DNA of 64,000 bases from the IMG/VR virus record IMGVR_UViG_3300046692_000069, positions 6,358 to 70,357 of that record, one strand, 5' to 3'. Position numbers and translations under genes: made by a program. Shown here in pieces: positions 28,028-36,933 of this stretch. The notes below the pieces were generated by a model, which did no database searches, was not told where the DNA came from, and saw only the letters and a list, made by a program, of their open reading frames with translations. Position 1 is the first letter of the stretch. Each line of letters opens with the position of its first letter. This stretch comes from a virus.

Positions 28028-28461
28028 TCCGCAAGGCCCAAAAATCAGACATACCAGCCATCATCGATATGGCTGAGGGGTTTCACAAGGAGACCGGGTA
28101 TCCGGTCTCCTTTGACGTTGCCCGTGTGACGAGTTTCATATCAAGCCTCGTCGGAACATCATCCGCCGCCATCTTTGTCGCTGGCGAGCCTCTGTGTGGA
28201 TTTCTGGCAGCGATTCGCGACGTATCCCCCATGACGGGAGAGATGTACGCAAACGAAGTTGCCTTTTGGGTCTGTCCGGATCAAAGACGCGGCCCGTCTG
28301 GAGCGGCGCTGATTGATGCCTATGTCGATTGGGCTATATCTTGGAAATGCGACGTTGCAAGAATGACGACGCAAGCAAACATGCGTCCTGAGTTGGTCGG
28401 AAGATTATATAGGCGACATGGCTTTGAGGCGCATGAGACTGCATTCATAAGGAGACTGTAA
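28024..28461 (+). CDS. GNAT-family acetyltransferase
   Basis: MIRKA..SD.., FWVCPDQRRG..G..L..Y..WA, LYRRHGF. Confidence 0.8.
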   Translation: MIRKAQKSDIPAIIDMAEGFHKETGYPVSFDVARVTSFISSLVGTSSAAIFVAGEPLCGFLAAIRDVSPMTGEMYANEVAFWVCPDQRRGPSGAALIDAYVDWAISWKCDVARMTTQANMRPELVGRLYRRHGFEAHETAFIRRL

Positions 28462-28464
28462 CCA

Positions 28465-31107
28465 ATGCCAGCATTTACAGCCATAGCCGGGATTGTGACG
28501 GGCGTAAGTGCCTTTCTTGGCTCGCTTGGCACTATTGGAACATTTGCGCTAAAGATGGCCGTTGGCATCGGCCTTTCGTTGGCGGCTCAGGCATTAGCTG
28601 GGAAGCCAAAGACGCAGTCGCAACAGACTGGCGTCAATGGAGACCTGCAAGCTGGTGGAGACCTACCAAGGACGATCATCGTCGGCAGATACCATACTGC
28701 CGGCTCGCTTGTTTGGGCGAACACGTGGGGGAAGGATGACGGGACGCCAAACGCATGGCTAAGTCAGGTCATTGCCATCTCTGATATTCGCATCAAGGGA
28801 CTGCTTGAATTGTGGGTTGACGGCGCTAAGGTGACGTATAATCCTGCCGGCAACAATGACACCATCTACGGATACTCTATTCCGGAATACGTCAAGAGCG
28901 GCGCCAATCTGTACGTAAAGTTCTATAGTGGCGCGCAGACTGTAGCGGACGAAGCCCTCGTAACTAAGGCCAGCACGTCAGACCGCACGTGGGATAGCTC
29001 GCGCATTGGTGCTGGCGTTTCGTACATCGTGGTCCACTCTAGGTATACCAAGGGCCAGTTCTCTGGCTTTCCTACGTTTGGCTTCACGGTTGACGGCATG
29101 CCGCTTTACGATCCCTCGCGAGACTCCACCGTTGGCGGCGTTGGCCCGCAACGCTATACGGACCCCAGTACGTGGGGCGGCGACGGAGATTACCTTCCCG
29201 TAGTTCAGATCTATAATCTTTGGCGCGGCATTCGCTATAATGGCGAATGGCTTTGCGGCATGCAAAACATGTCAGCTAACCGACTTCCGTCCGCGAACTG
29301 GATTGCAGGCATTGAGGAATGCCGAAAACCAATCCTAGACGCATCGGCCGCTACGGTTCCGCAGTACAGGAGCGGCCTTGAGATTACGGTTGATACTCCG
29401 CTGTCAGATAGCTCCGACGCGCTGTTGACGGCATGTCAGGGCAAGATATCTGAGATCGGCGGCATATATCGTATCTTTGTGGGTGCGCCAACGTCGCCAA
29501 CGATTGGCTTTACCGATGACGATATTCTGTCGACGGAAGAGCAGAGCTTTACGCCATTCTACGGCCTGTCAGACACCATCAACGGCATTACGGCAACCTA
29601 TACCGACGAAAGCACGTGGCAGTCAACCACGGCCCCTCCGCTGTACCGAACGGACTTGGAGACGTTCGCCGGCAATAGGCGATTGCTGTCAAACGTTGAC
29701 TTCCACGCGGTAACCAACGCTGAGCAAGTGCAGCGGCTCATGAAGTCGGCGCTTCTTTCCGCTCAGCGAGCGCGACGCCATACAATCGTTCTGCCTCCTA
29801 GCTTTTGGGCCTACGGAGTTCCGGGGGAAGTCATTCAATGGACTTCAGCTAGGAACGGCTATGTCAATAAGCTGTTTCAGATCGATGGCGCTAGCGACCG
29901 CGCCAACTGCGATATTATGCTTGACATCACGGAAGTCGACCCGGATGATTACGACTGGGACCCGTCTACAGACTTCACGCCTCCGGTTGATGGTGCGCTT
30001 GGGCCAGTCGTTCCGCAGCCACAGGCTATCGTTGACTGGTTTGCTGAGCCGTACATCATGATTGACAATGATGGCGAAAGCCGGCGACCCGGCATCCGCA
30101 TTACTTGGTCTACTGATCCTGAAACAATTGTTGGCAACATGGGCGTCAAGTGGCGAGTTCGGGATGCCGTATCTCTTGCAATTCTATGGGATGGCCAAAC
30201 CAGCGTCATCGAAGCTGGTGCCGCGATCATTACGCAAGGTCTGTTGCCAAATACAAACTATCAGGTTGCCGGGGCGTACATCCCGACAGATCCGGACAGA
30301 GACACGACATGGAGTTCATGGATTGAAGTTCGAACCGACAACATTCTTCTCGGTGAGTCCGACATCTATTTCCCTGGCGTAGTAGAGGGCATCAAGGAAT
30401 TCGTCAGTGACGCTACGCTTTGGATTCGAGATGGAACACGCCAAGCTCTTATTGATGCGCAGCGAATCGCAAGACTTACTGCTGATCAGGACATGGGCAA
30501 TTACAGAGATCGACAAACTCTTCGCACGGAGCTGACGAGTGCAACTGGTCTAATAACAGCCTCGTACCTAAATGCTATCACGGTAGCAACAGGGCCGGAT
30601 TCTGCGCTTGCTCAGAGGATAGAAAGCATTGAGGTTATTATTCCAGACTTGGCGACTGTTGACGCTATGGACTTGCTGTCTGCGCAGGTCGATACTGTTG
30701 ACGGTGAGGTGCAGGCAAACGCCACGGCCATAACGTCGCTTAATGCGCAAGTCGGCGAAGTGTCCGCGAGTGCAAACTTTAGGATGAGCGTCTATGCAGC
30801 GCCAAGTGGATATTCATCCCGTATAGGGATGGAGGCGCGTGGCGGGTCTACAGGTGCATATCGTTCTGCGTCATTATTCCTTGATGTACCTGCATCCACA
30901 AGTGTGCCAACGCGTGTTGCTATCGTGGCTGATCAGTTCTCTATAACAAATGGCACAAACACCAATAACCCATTCGTCTTTCAGAGTGGTGTTCTTACGC
31001 TGAATGCTGCCAACATCGGCACTGTCACGGCTGGTCTAATCAATGGCGGCCCCGGAGCGAAGATGGTTATCGATATTACTAACGGCACGATTACTGTGTC
31101 TGATTAA
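28465..31107 (+). CDS. tail tip / central fibre protein (J-like)
   Basis: 880 aa; LYDPSRDSTVGG.G.QR..P.TW; C-terminal DUF1983-like IVADQFSI..PF. Confidence 0.85.
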   Translation: MPAFTAIAGIVTGVSAFLGSLGTIGTFALKMAVGIGLSLAAQALAGKPKTQSQQTGVNGDLQAGGDLPRTIIVGRYHTAGSLVWANTWGKDDGTPNAWLSQVIAISDIRIKGLLELWVDGAKVTYNPAGNNDTIYGYSIPEYVKSGANLYVKFYSGAQTVADEALVTKASTSDRTWDSSRIGAGVSYIVVHSRYTKGQFSGFPTFGFTVDGMPLYDPSRDSTVGGVGPQRYTDPSTWGGDGDYLPVVQIYNLWRGIRYNGEWLCGMQNMSANRLPSANWIAGIEECRKPILDASAATVPQYRSGLEITVDTPLSDSSDALLTACQGKISEIGGIYRIFVGAPTSPTIGFTDDDILSTEEQSFTPFYGLSDTINGITATYTDESTWQSTTAPPLYRTDLETFAGNRRLLSNVDFHAVTNAEQVQRLMKSALLSAQRARRHTIVLPPSFWAYGVPGEVIQWTSARNGYVNKLFQIDGASDRANCDIMLDITEVDPDDYDWDPSTDFTPPVDGALGPVVPQPQAIVDWFAEPYIMIDNDGESRRPGIRITWSTDPETIVGNMGVKWRVRDAVSLAILWDGQTSVIEAGAAIITQGLLPNTNYQVAGAYIPTDPDRDTTWSSWIEVRTDNILLGESDIYFPGVVEGIKEFVSDATLWIRDGTRQALIDAQRIARLTADQDMGNYRDRQTLRTELTSATGLITASYLNAITVATGPDSALAQRIESIEVIIPDLATVDAMDLLSAQVDTVDGEVQANATAITSLNAQVGEVSASANFRMSVYAAPSGYSSRIGMEARGGSTGAYRSASLFLDVPASTSVPTRVAIVADQFSITNGTNTNNPFVFQSGVLTLNAANIGTVTAGLINGGPGAKMVIDITNGTITVSD

Positions 31108-31116
31108 GGATAGATA

Positions 31117-31524
31117 ATGACTAGTAGAATTTACATAGCTCCCGCAAGAATTATCGTATCCCGCCCCGGCTTTACTGTCGGGGCGGGGATGCCAGATAGC
31201 CAGAAGATATTTGATTCAGATTGGAATTGGAGCGGCATCTTACTTGAGGCTGGCGCGGCTACAGATCCGGGTGGATCTACTGACTGGAATTTGATGTTCA
31301 AGAAAAACTATGGCTATCCGCCATGCGTTGTCGCCAAGATGCTGAGCGCTAGCCCCGGCAGCGTTCCTTGGGCTGGGCCGGATGTAACATCTCCAATGGA
31401 TGTTAGCACTCGAATTAATCAGCCAGTCATATATAGCGATAGAATTATCTTTCCTAGAGTCTATCTAACTGGCGGCAACATAAATTATGGGAATGTTGAG
31501 TACGAAGTGTACGGGGTGGATTGA
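31117..31524 (+). CDS. small tail-tip accessory protein 1
   Basis: IIVSRPG..FDSDW..F..YGYPP. Confidence 0.65.
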   Translation: MTSRIYIAPARIIVSRPGFTVGAGMPDSQKIFDSDWNWSGILLEAGAATDPGGSTDWNLMFKKNYGYPPCVVAKMLSASPGSVPWAGPDVTSPMDVSTRINQPVIYSDRIIFPRVYLTGGNINYGNVEYEVYGVD

Positions 31525-32003
31525 TGGTAAACAGAATGAGGTTTGGCTATAATGCCGCCGTTAACGACTACGGGATGTTCATTAGCAAGCCCGGCCTAGA
31601 TATCAGCAATGTTTCTACTAACTATCTTCTTGATAGTCGCTATAGAACGCTATCCGTTCATGCTCACGGTCTAGACACAATGACTCGGTCTACGGCTGTG
31701 TCTGGACAGACTATCTGGTACTCTGAAATCACATTTGCCGATCTTGGGTATAGGCCAGTATTCTATGGAAGCATTCGATATGACTCCGCTAACTCTGCCG
31801 GCCTTCCAGTCAATTGTTGCGGCTTCCCCTTGTCGTATTGCGCCTCTTATCGCCAGAACGGCTCATCAGGTGAGCGTCTGACAACCAATAGCGTTTGGTG
31901 GGTCAGCAACACCACGCTGAGGGCGAAGGCCATTATGAACGTCAATGGATCTGGTGGCCAGATGACTTTCCAGTGGATCGTTTTCAGGAATAGGTTTGAA
32001 TAG
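31524..32003 (+). CDS. small tail-tip accessory protein 2
   Basis: MFISKPGLD..LDSRY..ITF.DLGYRP. Confidence 0.65.
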   Translation: MVNRMRFGYNAAVNDYGMFISKPGLDISNVSTNYLLDSRYRTLSVHAHGLDTMTRSTAVSGQTIWYSEITFADLGYRPVFYGSIRYDSANSAGLPVNCCGFPLSYCASYRQNGSSGERLTTNSVWWVSNTTLRAKAIMNVNGSGGQMTFQWIVFRNRFE

Positions 32004-32381
32004 ATGACGAGAAGAGTAGTTATTGGCAACGTTGGCGGGACATTCTACTTCAGGTCCTCGCCGGTTGGGGTCGATGCCGTGACGGGAGATCCGTCATATT
32101 TATCAGCTTATGAGGGCATGGTCCCTTGCGTTCCGAAGGCATCGGGAACAATTGTAGTGCCCGCCGCAGCGAGCAACAACGGCGGCGCAACGGCTTCTGT
32201 GGCCCTGTCTCAGTCATTCTCATACCCCCCGTTCATTCTCATTAAATCAACGGACAACATCCTCCCCGGAGGGGATACAATAGGCGGGTGGTTTGTCGCT
32301 GGAAGCACGCCAAACATCTATTTCTTCAATAGATCAGGCTCAACCAAGACCGTGAAGTGGTGGGCATTCGCTGAACTATAA
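32004..32381 (+). CDS. small tail-tip accessory protein 3
   Basis: RVVIG..SPVGVDA..FSYPP. Confidence 0.65.
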   Translation: MTRRVVIGNVGGTFYFRSSPVGVDAVTGDPSYLSAYEGMVPCVPKASGTIVVPAAASNNGGATASVALSQSFSYPPFILIKSTDNILPGGDTIGGWFVAGSTPNIYFFNRSGSTKTVKWWAFAEL

Positions 32382-32431
32382 TTGATAGACGCTGCACGGG
32401 TGCTATTTACAGGAAAATAAAGGAGTAAGTT

Positions 32432-32728
32432 ATGAGTGAGAAGAGGACGATTTCAGAAAAGGTCATCATTGGCGAGCTTCAGGCGAGACTGGCATTCACG
32501 GAGGAGCGGTGCCTCAAACTGGCAGCCGCTGTAACTGAGATTGATGAAGATCTAACAATTGCTAGGAAGGCAATTGAGGTGGCTCGCAATGAATCGTCGG
32601 AGGCACGCAATCGTATTGCGGACCTTGATCGTGAATTGCATGAGGCGCAGATTCGCCTTGCGGAAATTGAGGCGCCTACGCTGGGCGCCAAGAAGCACAA
32701 CAGAACACCTAACGAGGGCACACAATAA
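32432..32728 (+). CDS. coiled-coil hypothetical protein (possible tail-fibre chaperone)
   Basis: AAGGAG RBS; upstream of tail spike. Confidence 0.65.
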   Translation: MSEKRTISEKVIIGELQARLAFTEERCLKLAAAVTEIDEDLTIARKAIEVARNESSEARNRIADLDRELHEAQIRLAEIEAPTLGAKKHNRTPNEGTQ

Positions 32729-34923
32729 TGGCCGTTACGCTTCCATCGGTATATCAGGACGGCACAGCCACGATAACTGGCGGAACCGTCGTCACTGGAC
32801 AAAGTACGCTATGGGTGAATGCCGTACTTCCCGGTGACTTCTTCGGGGTGCACAAGGGCTACGCCATCCGCATTCTGTCCGTTGACAGTGATACACAGCT
32901 TACTCTAGCCAACGCTTGGCCGGGATCTGCGCAGACTGCCGCGCACTATGAGATAATGCTGCAAAGCGATGTTGGGCGCATGCAGGAAACCAGCCGACAG
33001 CTCTTGCAACAGCTAAGTAATGGTAACATTGAGGCGCTAACGGGACTGATTGGAGCGGCAAACTCCATCCCCATCTTTACCGGCGTTGGCACGATGTCAC
33101 TTGTTGAGGTGGGAACTAGCGGCAATAAAATTCCATTGTTAGATACAGCAAACACATGGAGCGCTAAACAGACGACAAATGGCGGGTGGCGCCTTGATGC
33201 CCCTAGTGGCTCTGATCGAGTCATCGACTGGACAACTTCCGGTTCGCAGCGCTGGGCAGCGCACGCGAATGCGGCCCCCGAGTCCGGATCGAATGCAGGA
33301 TCTGATTTTCAGATATCTAGATTTGCAGACAATGGCACCCATATTGATAATCCATTGCAGATTAATCGAGCTACAGGCGTTACGACGATTACTAACCTAG
33401 CTGCGTCAAGTATTGCGGACGGCTCCATTACCGTTCCTAAGCTTGCAGCCGAAGTCGCGACAAGATTGATTGAATTCGACATACGCGATTCCCGCTTTGC
33501 CGGAGGCGCTAAGTTTGATGACGCCACGGACGATACTCCGGCTTTTGCTGCTGCTATCGCTTATTTCCAGACGCTTGGCGGTATCAATCAGTATCAGGGA
33601 AAGAACGCTGCCCGTCTGCGCATGCCGCGTGGTGTCAGTCGCGTATCTAACCTTGACGTGACGAACGCATCGAACGTCCAGTTCGTTGGTGAAGGCGATG
33701 GCGTCACGACGCTACGCAACACGGCCAACGCACCATGTATCAATTCGACTAACGTAACCGGGACGAATGACTCCTTCCGTATGGCGTTTAGGGACTTCTG
33801 CATTTATGGGCCGGGGCGTGCAAACACTAGCGCTCACGGGATGGATTTGAAGGCGCTCAATAACGGCAGCATTCAGGATGTGCGTTTCTATGCTTGCCGC
33901 GACGCCTTGCGCCTTACGAACAATTGGCAGACGGACGTATCTAGACTAAAGGTCGATGGGGGGGGCACGGTTGGCGGCTCACTGACTTGCTACAATGGCG
34001 TCGTCATGCTCGACGGTCCCGGAGCAGTTCTGGAAAATGCCGTTAAGTTTTACGGTGGCGTCATTTCAGGCTGTGAGAATTGGGGCTTTCGTGGGCAGTC
34101 TGTTACGGGATCGGCCATCTTTGGTATGGAAATCCTTGCTTGCGGTCAGGTCGGCCTCTATGTCGGCGACAACCCATCCGGCAAGGATCTTAAGTGGTTT
34201 ACCTATGCTGGCGGCCTGATTGATACTTGCGGTCAGTTGTTTATTGCTCATAGAGGCGGCGCAACTTACGGAGGCCAAATACACCTCTCTGGCTTGTGGA
34301 TGGGTTATGGCAATAAAGGTGGCGGCTTGGGTACTGCGATTGAAGTTCAGGGGATTAATGATGCGACATTCCGTCCTGACGTAATTTTTAACTCTGATGC
34401 TTCGTTTATCGCATCCGCCTGTGACAACGTCATCTTTGATTTTGGCACCATTCAGGGTTATGATAGGTCGCTTGTTGGTGTAGTTCCTATTCAGCTTGCC
34501 AATTCCACGAACGTAACGGTTCGCGGTGGCGGCATGAAGAAGACTCCTAGTTCGCCTAGCACTATTTGCGTAGCGGAAACAGGCACGTCAAATTCCAACA
34601 ATATTCAGGGCATCAATGCCGATGGTGGCGGCACGATTATTGGCTCGACAACTATCATTAAGGGCAATCGCGGTATTTGGTCTCGCCGCTCCGGTCAGGC
34701 CAACATTGCCGCAGGAGCGGCGAGCGTAGTAGTCAATCATGGATGTGTGCGTGCGCCCGTAATCGGTGATATTTACGTAACGCCATCGTTCAACTTGGCG
34801 GGACAAGGTGTTGCAACTTATTGGGTTGACACCATAACGTCAACAAGTTTTACGCTTAACCTTAGCTCCGCAACGCCAAATGCTTTGAATTTCCATTGGT
34901 CTTGCGACGTATCGAGAGGATGA
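32728..34923 (+). CDS. tail spike/fibre with pectate-lyase-like beta-helix (putative depolymerase)
   Basis: N-terminal anchor YQDGTATITG..VTG..T.W; GAKFDDATDDTPAFAAAI beta-helix cap; G/N/T-rich repeats. Confidence 0.85.
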   Translation: MAVTLPSVYQDGTATITGGTVVTGQSTLWVNAVLPGDFFGVHKGYAIRILSVDSDTQLTLANAWPGSAQTAAHYEIMLQSDVGRMQETSRQLLQQLSNGNIEALTGLIGAANSIPIFTGVGTMSLVEVGTSGNKIPLLDTANTWSAKQTTNGGWRLDAPSGSDRVIDWTTSGSQRWAAHANAAPESGSNAGSDFQISRFADNGTHIDNPLQINRATGVTTITNLAASSIADGSITVPKLAAEVATRLIEFDIRDSRFAGGAKFDDATDDTPAFAAAIAYFQTLGGINQYQGKNAARLRMPRGVSRVSNLDVTNASNVQFVGEGDGVTTLRNTANAPCINSTNVTGTNDSFRMAFRDFCIYGPGRANTSAHGMDLKALNNGSIQDVRFYACRDALRLTNNWQTDVSRLKVDGGGTVGGSLTCYNGVVMLDGPGAVLENAVKFYGGVISGCENWGFRGQSVTGSAIFGMEILACGQVGLYVGDNPSGKDLKWFTYAGGLIDTCGQLFIAHRGGATYGGQIHLSGLWMGYGNKGGGLGTAIEVQGINDATFRPDVIFNSDASFIASACDNVIFDFGTIQGYDRSLVGVVPIQLANSTNVTVRGGGMKKTPSSPSTICVAETGTSNSNNIQGINADGGGTIIGSTTIIKGNRGIWSRRSGQANIAAGAASVVVNHGCVRAPVIGDIYVTPSFNLAGQGVATYWVDTITSTSFTLNLSSATPNALNFHWSCDVSRG

Positions 34924-34929
34924 TATGAT

Positions 34930-35160
34930 ATGAAGTATGTAGTTGAATTTGATGGCGGCTTTCATTGGTATCGAAAAGGCAATGAGGAATACTCTACGCG
35001 TAAGGATGCCAATGCAGCCATGGACGCGTGCGCGCAAAGCAATCCGTGCAAAGCATACCGGGTAGCCGAACTCATTGAGGGCTATACAGGTATTACGGAG
35101 CAAGAAAATCCGTTTATGCGCATGGCGGCGGCAGCCTCACAGCATCGCGGCGCGCCGTAG
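34930..35160 (+). CDS. hypothetical protein
   Basis: GAGGA RBS. Confidence 0.55.
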   Translation: MKYVVEFDGGFHWYRKGNEEYSTRKDANAAMDACAQSNPCKAYRVAELIEGYTGITEQENPFMRMAAAASQHRGAP

Positions 35161-35197
35161 GTTGATCGCTTCGATAAAATAGCAATATCTTTCATAG

Positions 35198-35229
35198 CAG
35201 GGCGGCAACTTGTCGCCCTGTTTCTTTTC
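35198..35229 (+). terminator. stem-loop/terminator before the lysis genes
   Basis: CAGGGCGGCA-ACT-TGTCGCCCTG-TTTCTTTT. Confidence 0.65.
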
Positions 35230-35246
35230 CAAGACAGGAGACCCAT

Positions 35247-36167
35247 ATGAGCGCAGCAAACAGCAAAGTATTTTGGGATTATATCCGGCGCGCACCTCTT
35301 GGCGGTAAGCTTAGTACGGCGCAAATCAACGGCATTAAGGCCATCATTGCATACTGTGAGGCGCGCTCGCTGCCAATGGTGTGGCTGGCCTATATCCTCG
35401 CGACAGCATTCCATGAGACGGGCGGCAAGTTTCAGCCAATCGGCGAGGGCCTGACGTACACGACTCTTGGCGCCCTTCGCGCGGCGTTCAAGACGCCATT
35501 CAAAGACAAGCCAGATTCGTTCTTGGCTCCGTTCTTGCGCAATCCGCAGGGGCTAGCCAACTATGTATACGCCAATCGCAATGGCAATGGCGACGTCAAG
35601 AGTGGCGAAGGTTACAAATATCGCGGTCGCGGTCTTGTGCAGTTGACCTTCAAGAACAACTATGCCGCGTTCGGTCTTGCCGCCAATCCTGATGCGGCCC
35701 ATGATATGGATACGGCTGTACGCGTCCTTGTCGACGGCATGCTGCGTGGCCAGTTCGGGAAGAAGTTGTCGGCTTTCGGCAATGACGAGGCGAGCTTTGA
35801 TGCTAAGGGCGCGCGTGCTTCGGTCAGCTCCGACAAGGGCGCATTGATCGCAACTCATTATCAGGCATTCCTTGATGCCCTGAAGTCTGTTGATGAAGTT
35901 GTTGCTTCGGCAGCTCCGGACATCGATCCGCCCGTGCCTGTGTTGGGTGGCTATTCTGCGCCCATTGCAATCGCTGATGACGTGCCAGCTACCAAGAGCG
36001 GTATCGTCCAGACCATTCTTGGAACCCTGTCTGGTGGCGGTATCTTGAGCGCTGTAGCCGGCATCGCCAATCCATGGGCATTCGGGCTGCTCGCAATCCT
36101 TATTGTCATTGGCGCGGTGTTCGCGTGGGGCTTCTTCAGTGGAAGGATTAATTTCAATCGTGTTTAG
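35247..36167 (+). CDS. endolysin, glycoside hydrolase family 19, with C-terminal membrane segments
   Basis: LAYILATAFHETG, ANYVYANRNGNG, GYKYRGRGLVQLTFKNNY; hydrophobic C-terminus. Confidence 0.9.
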   Translation: MSAANSKVFWDYIRRAPLGGKLSTAQINGIKAIIAYCEARSLPMVWLAYILATAFHETGGKFQPIGEGLTYTTLGALRAAFKTPFKDKPDSFLAPFLRNPQGLANYVYANRNGNGDVKSGEGYKYRGRGLVQLTFKNNYAAFGLAANPDAAHDMDTAVRVLVDGMLRGQFGKKLSAFGNDEASFDAKGARASVSSDKGALIATHYQAFLDALKSVDEVVASAAPDIDPPVPVLGGYSAPIAIADDVPATKSGIVQTILGTLSGGGILSAVAGIANPWAFGLLAILIVIGAVFAWGFFSGRINFNRV

Positions 36168-36411
36168 TTTGATCGCTACCCTTGCGGCGAAAGTCAAGGG
36201 CTGGATGGTTGGTGCGGCGCTTGCTATTGGCGTCGTCGTCATCGCCTACATCGAAGGTCGTCAGGCGGCTACGCAGAACGCGAAGCTAAAGCAGGCGAAT
36301 GAAAACCTCAACGCAATCAAGACGGCTAGGAGTGTCGAAAATGAAGTTGCTGGCTACGATCCTGCTAAGCTTGACGCTAGGCTTTCTCGGTGGGTGCGCG
36401 ACAAGCAGTAG
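36160..36411 (+). CDS. inner-membrane spanin (Rz-like)
   Basis: N-terminal TM then coiled coil; overlaps a lipoprotein gene. Confidence 0.7.
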   Translation: MFSLIATLAAKVKGWMVGAALAIGVVVIAYIEGRQAATQNAKLKQANENLNAIKTARSVENEVAGYDPAKLDARLSRWVRDKQ

Positions 36412-36529
36412 TTACTGCGATGTCGCCAGACCAATTTACGTTAGCGTTGACGATAAAATCACGCCGGGAACGGCCACTGGAATCGTCACGGAAAATGAAA
36501 AATACGAACGGATTTGCGGAGTTAAGTAA
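36341..36529 (+). CDS. outer-membrane lipoprotein spanin (Rz1-like)
   Basis: MKLLATILLSLTLGFLGGC lipobox; overlaps the i-spanin 3' end. Confidence 0.75.
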   Translation: MKLLATILLSLTLGFLGGCATSSSYCDVARPIYVSVDDKITPGTATGIVTENEKYERICGVK

Positions 36530-36885
36530 TGGTCATTGAGACTTGGGTGATCACACTTCTTAGCTTCCTCATCATGGCGGGCGGCGTGCTTGTCAAGGTG
36601 ACTTTGGGCGTCCATGAGCGGTCTGGCAAGGTCGATAAAGATCTTCAGGTGCACAAGACCGATACGAGGGAGGAGCTTTCAAAGCTTCGCCTTCACATGG
36701 CCGACAAATATGTTTCCAAGGATGACCTTGATAAGGCGATGGCTCCTCTTGTGTCCGCGCAGCGAGACACGCGCCAGTCAATCGAAACGTTGCGCGAAGA
36801 GACGAGGAGTCAAACCGGATCAATTGCGGACAGAATCGACAGGATGATTGAACGGCAGAATACCCGGCCGCGTGGCGGGGCTTAA
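36529..36885 (+). CDS. single-TM coiled-coil protein, putative holin
   Basis: N-terminal TM, LHMADKYVSKDDL; in the lysis cassette. Confidence 0.55.
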   Translation: MVIETWVITLLSFLIMAGGVLVKVTLGVHERSGKVDKDLQVHKTDTREELSKLRLHMADKYVSKDDLDKAMAPLVSAQRDTRQSIETLREETRSQTGSIADRIDRMIERQNTRPRGGA

Positions 36886-36933
36886 TCCAGAGTGGGCGGG
36901 CGTCGAGGCGCTCGCCTAAAACAGGAGAATAAA

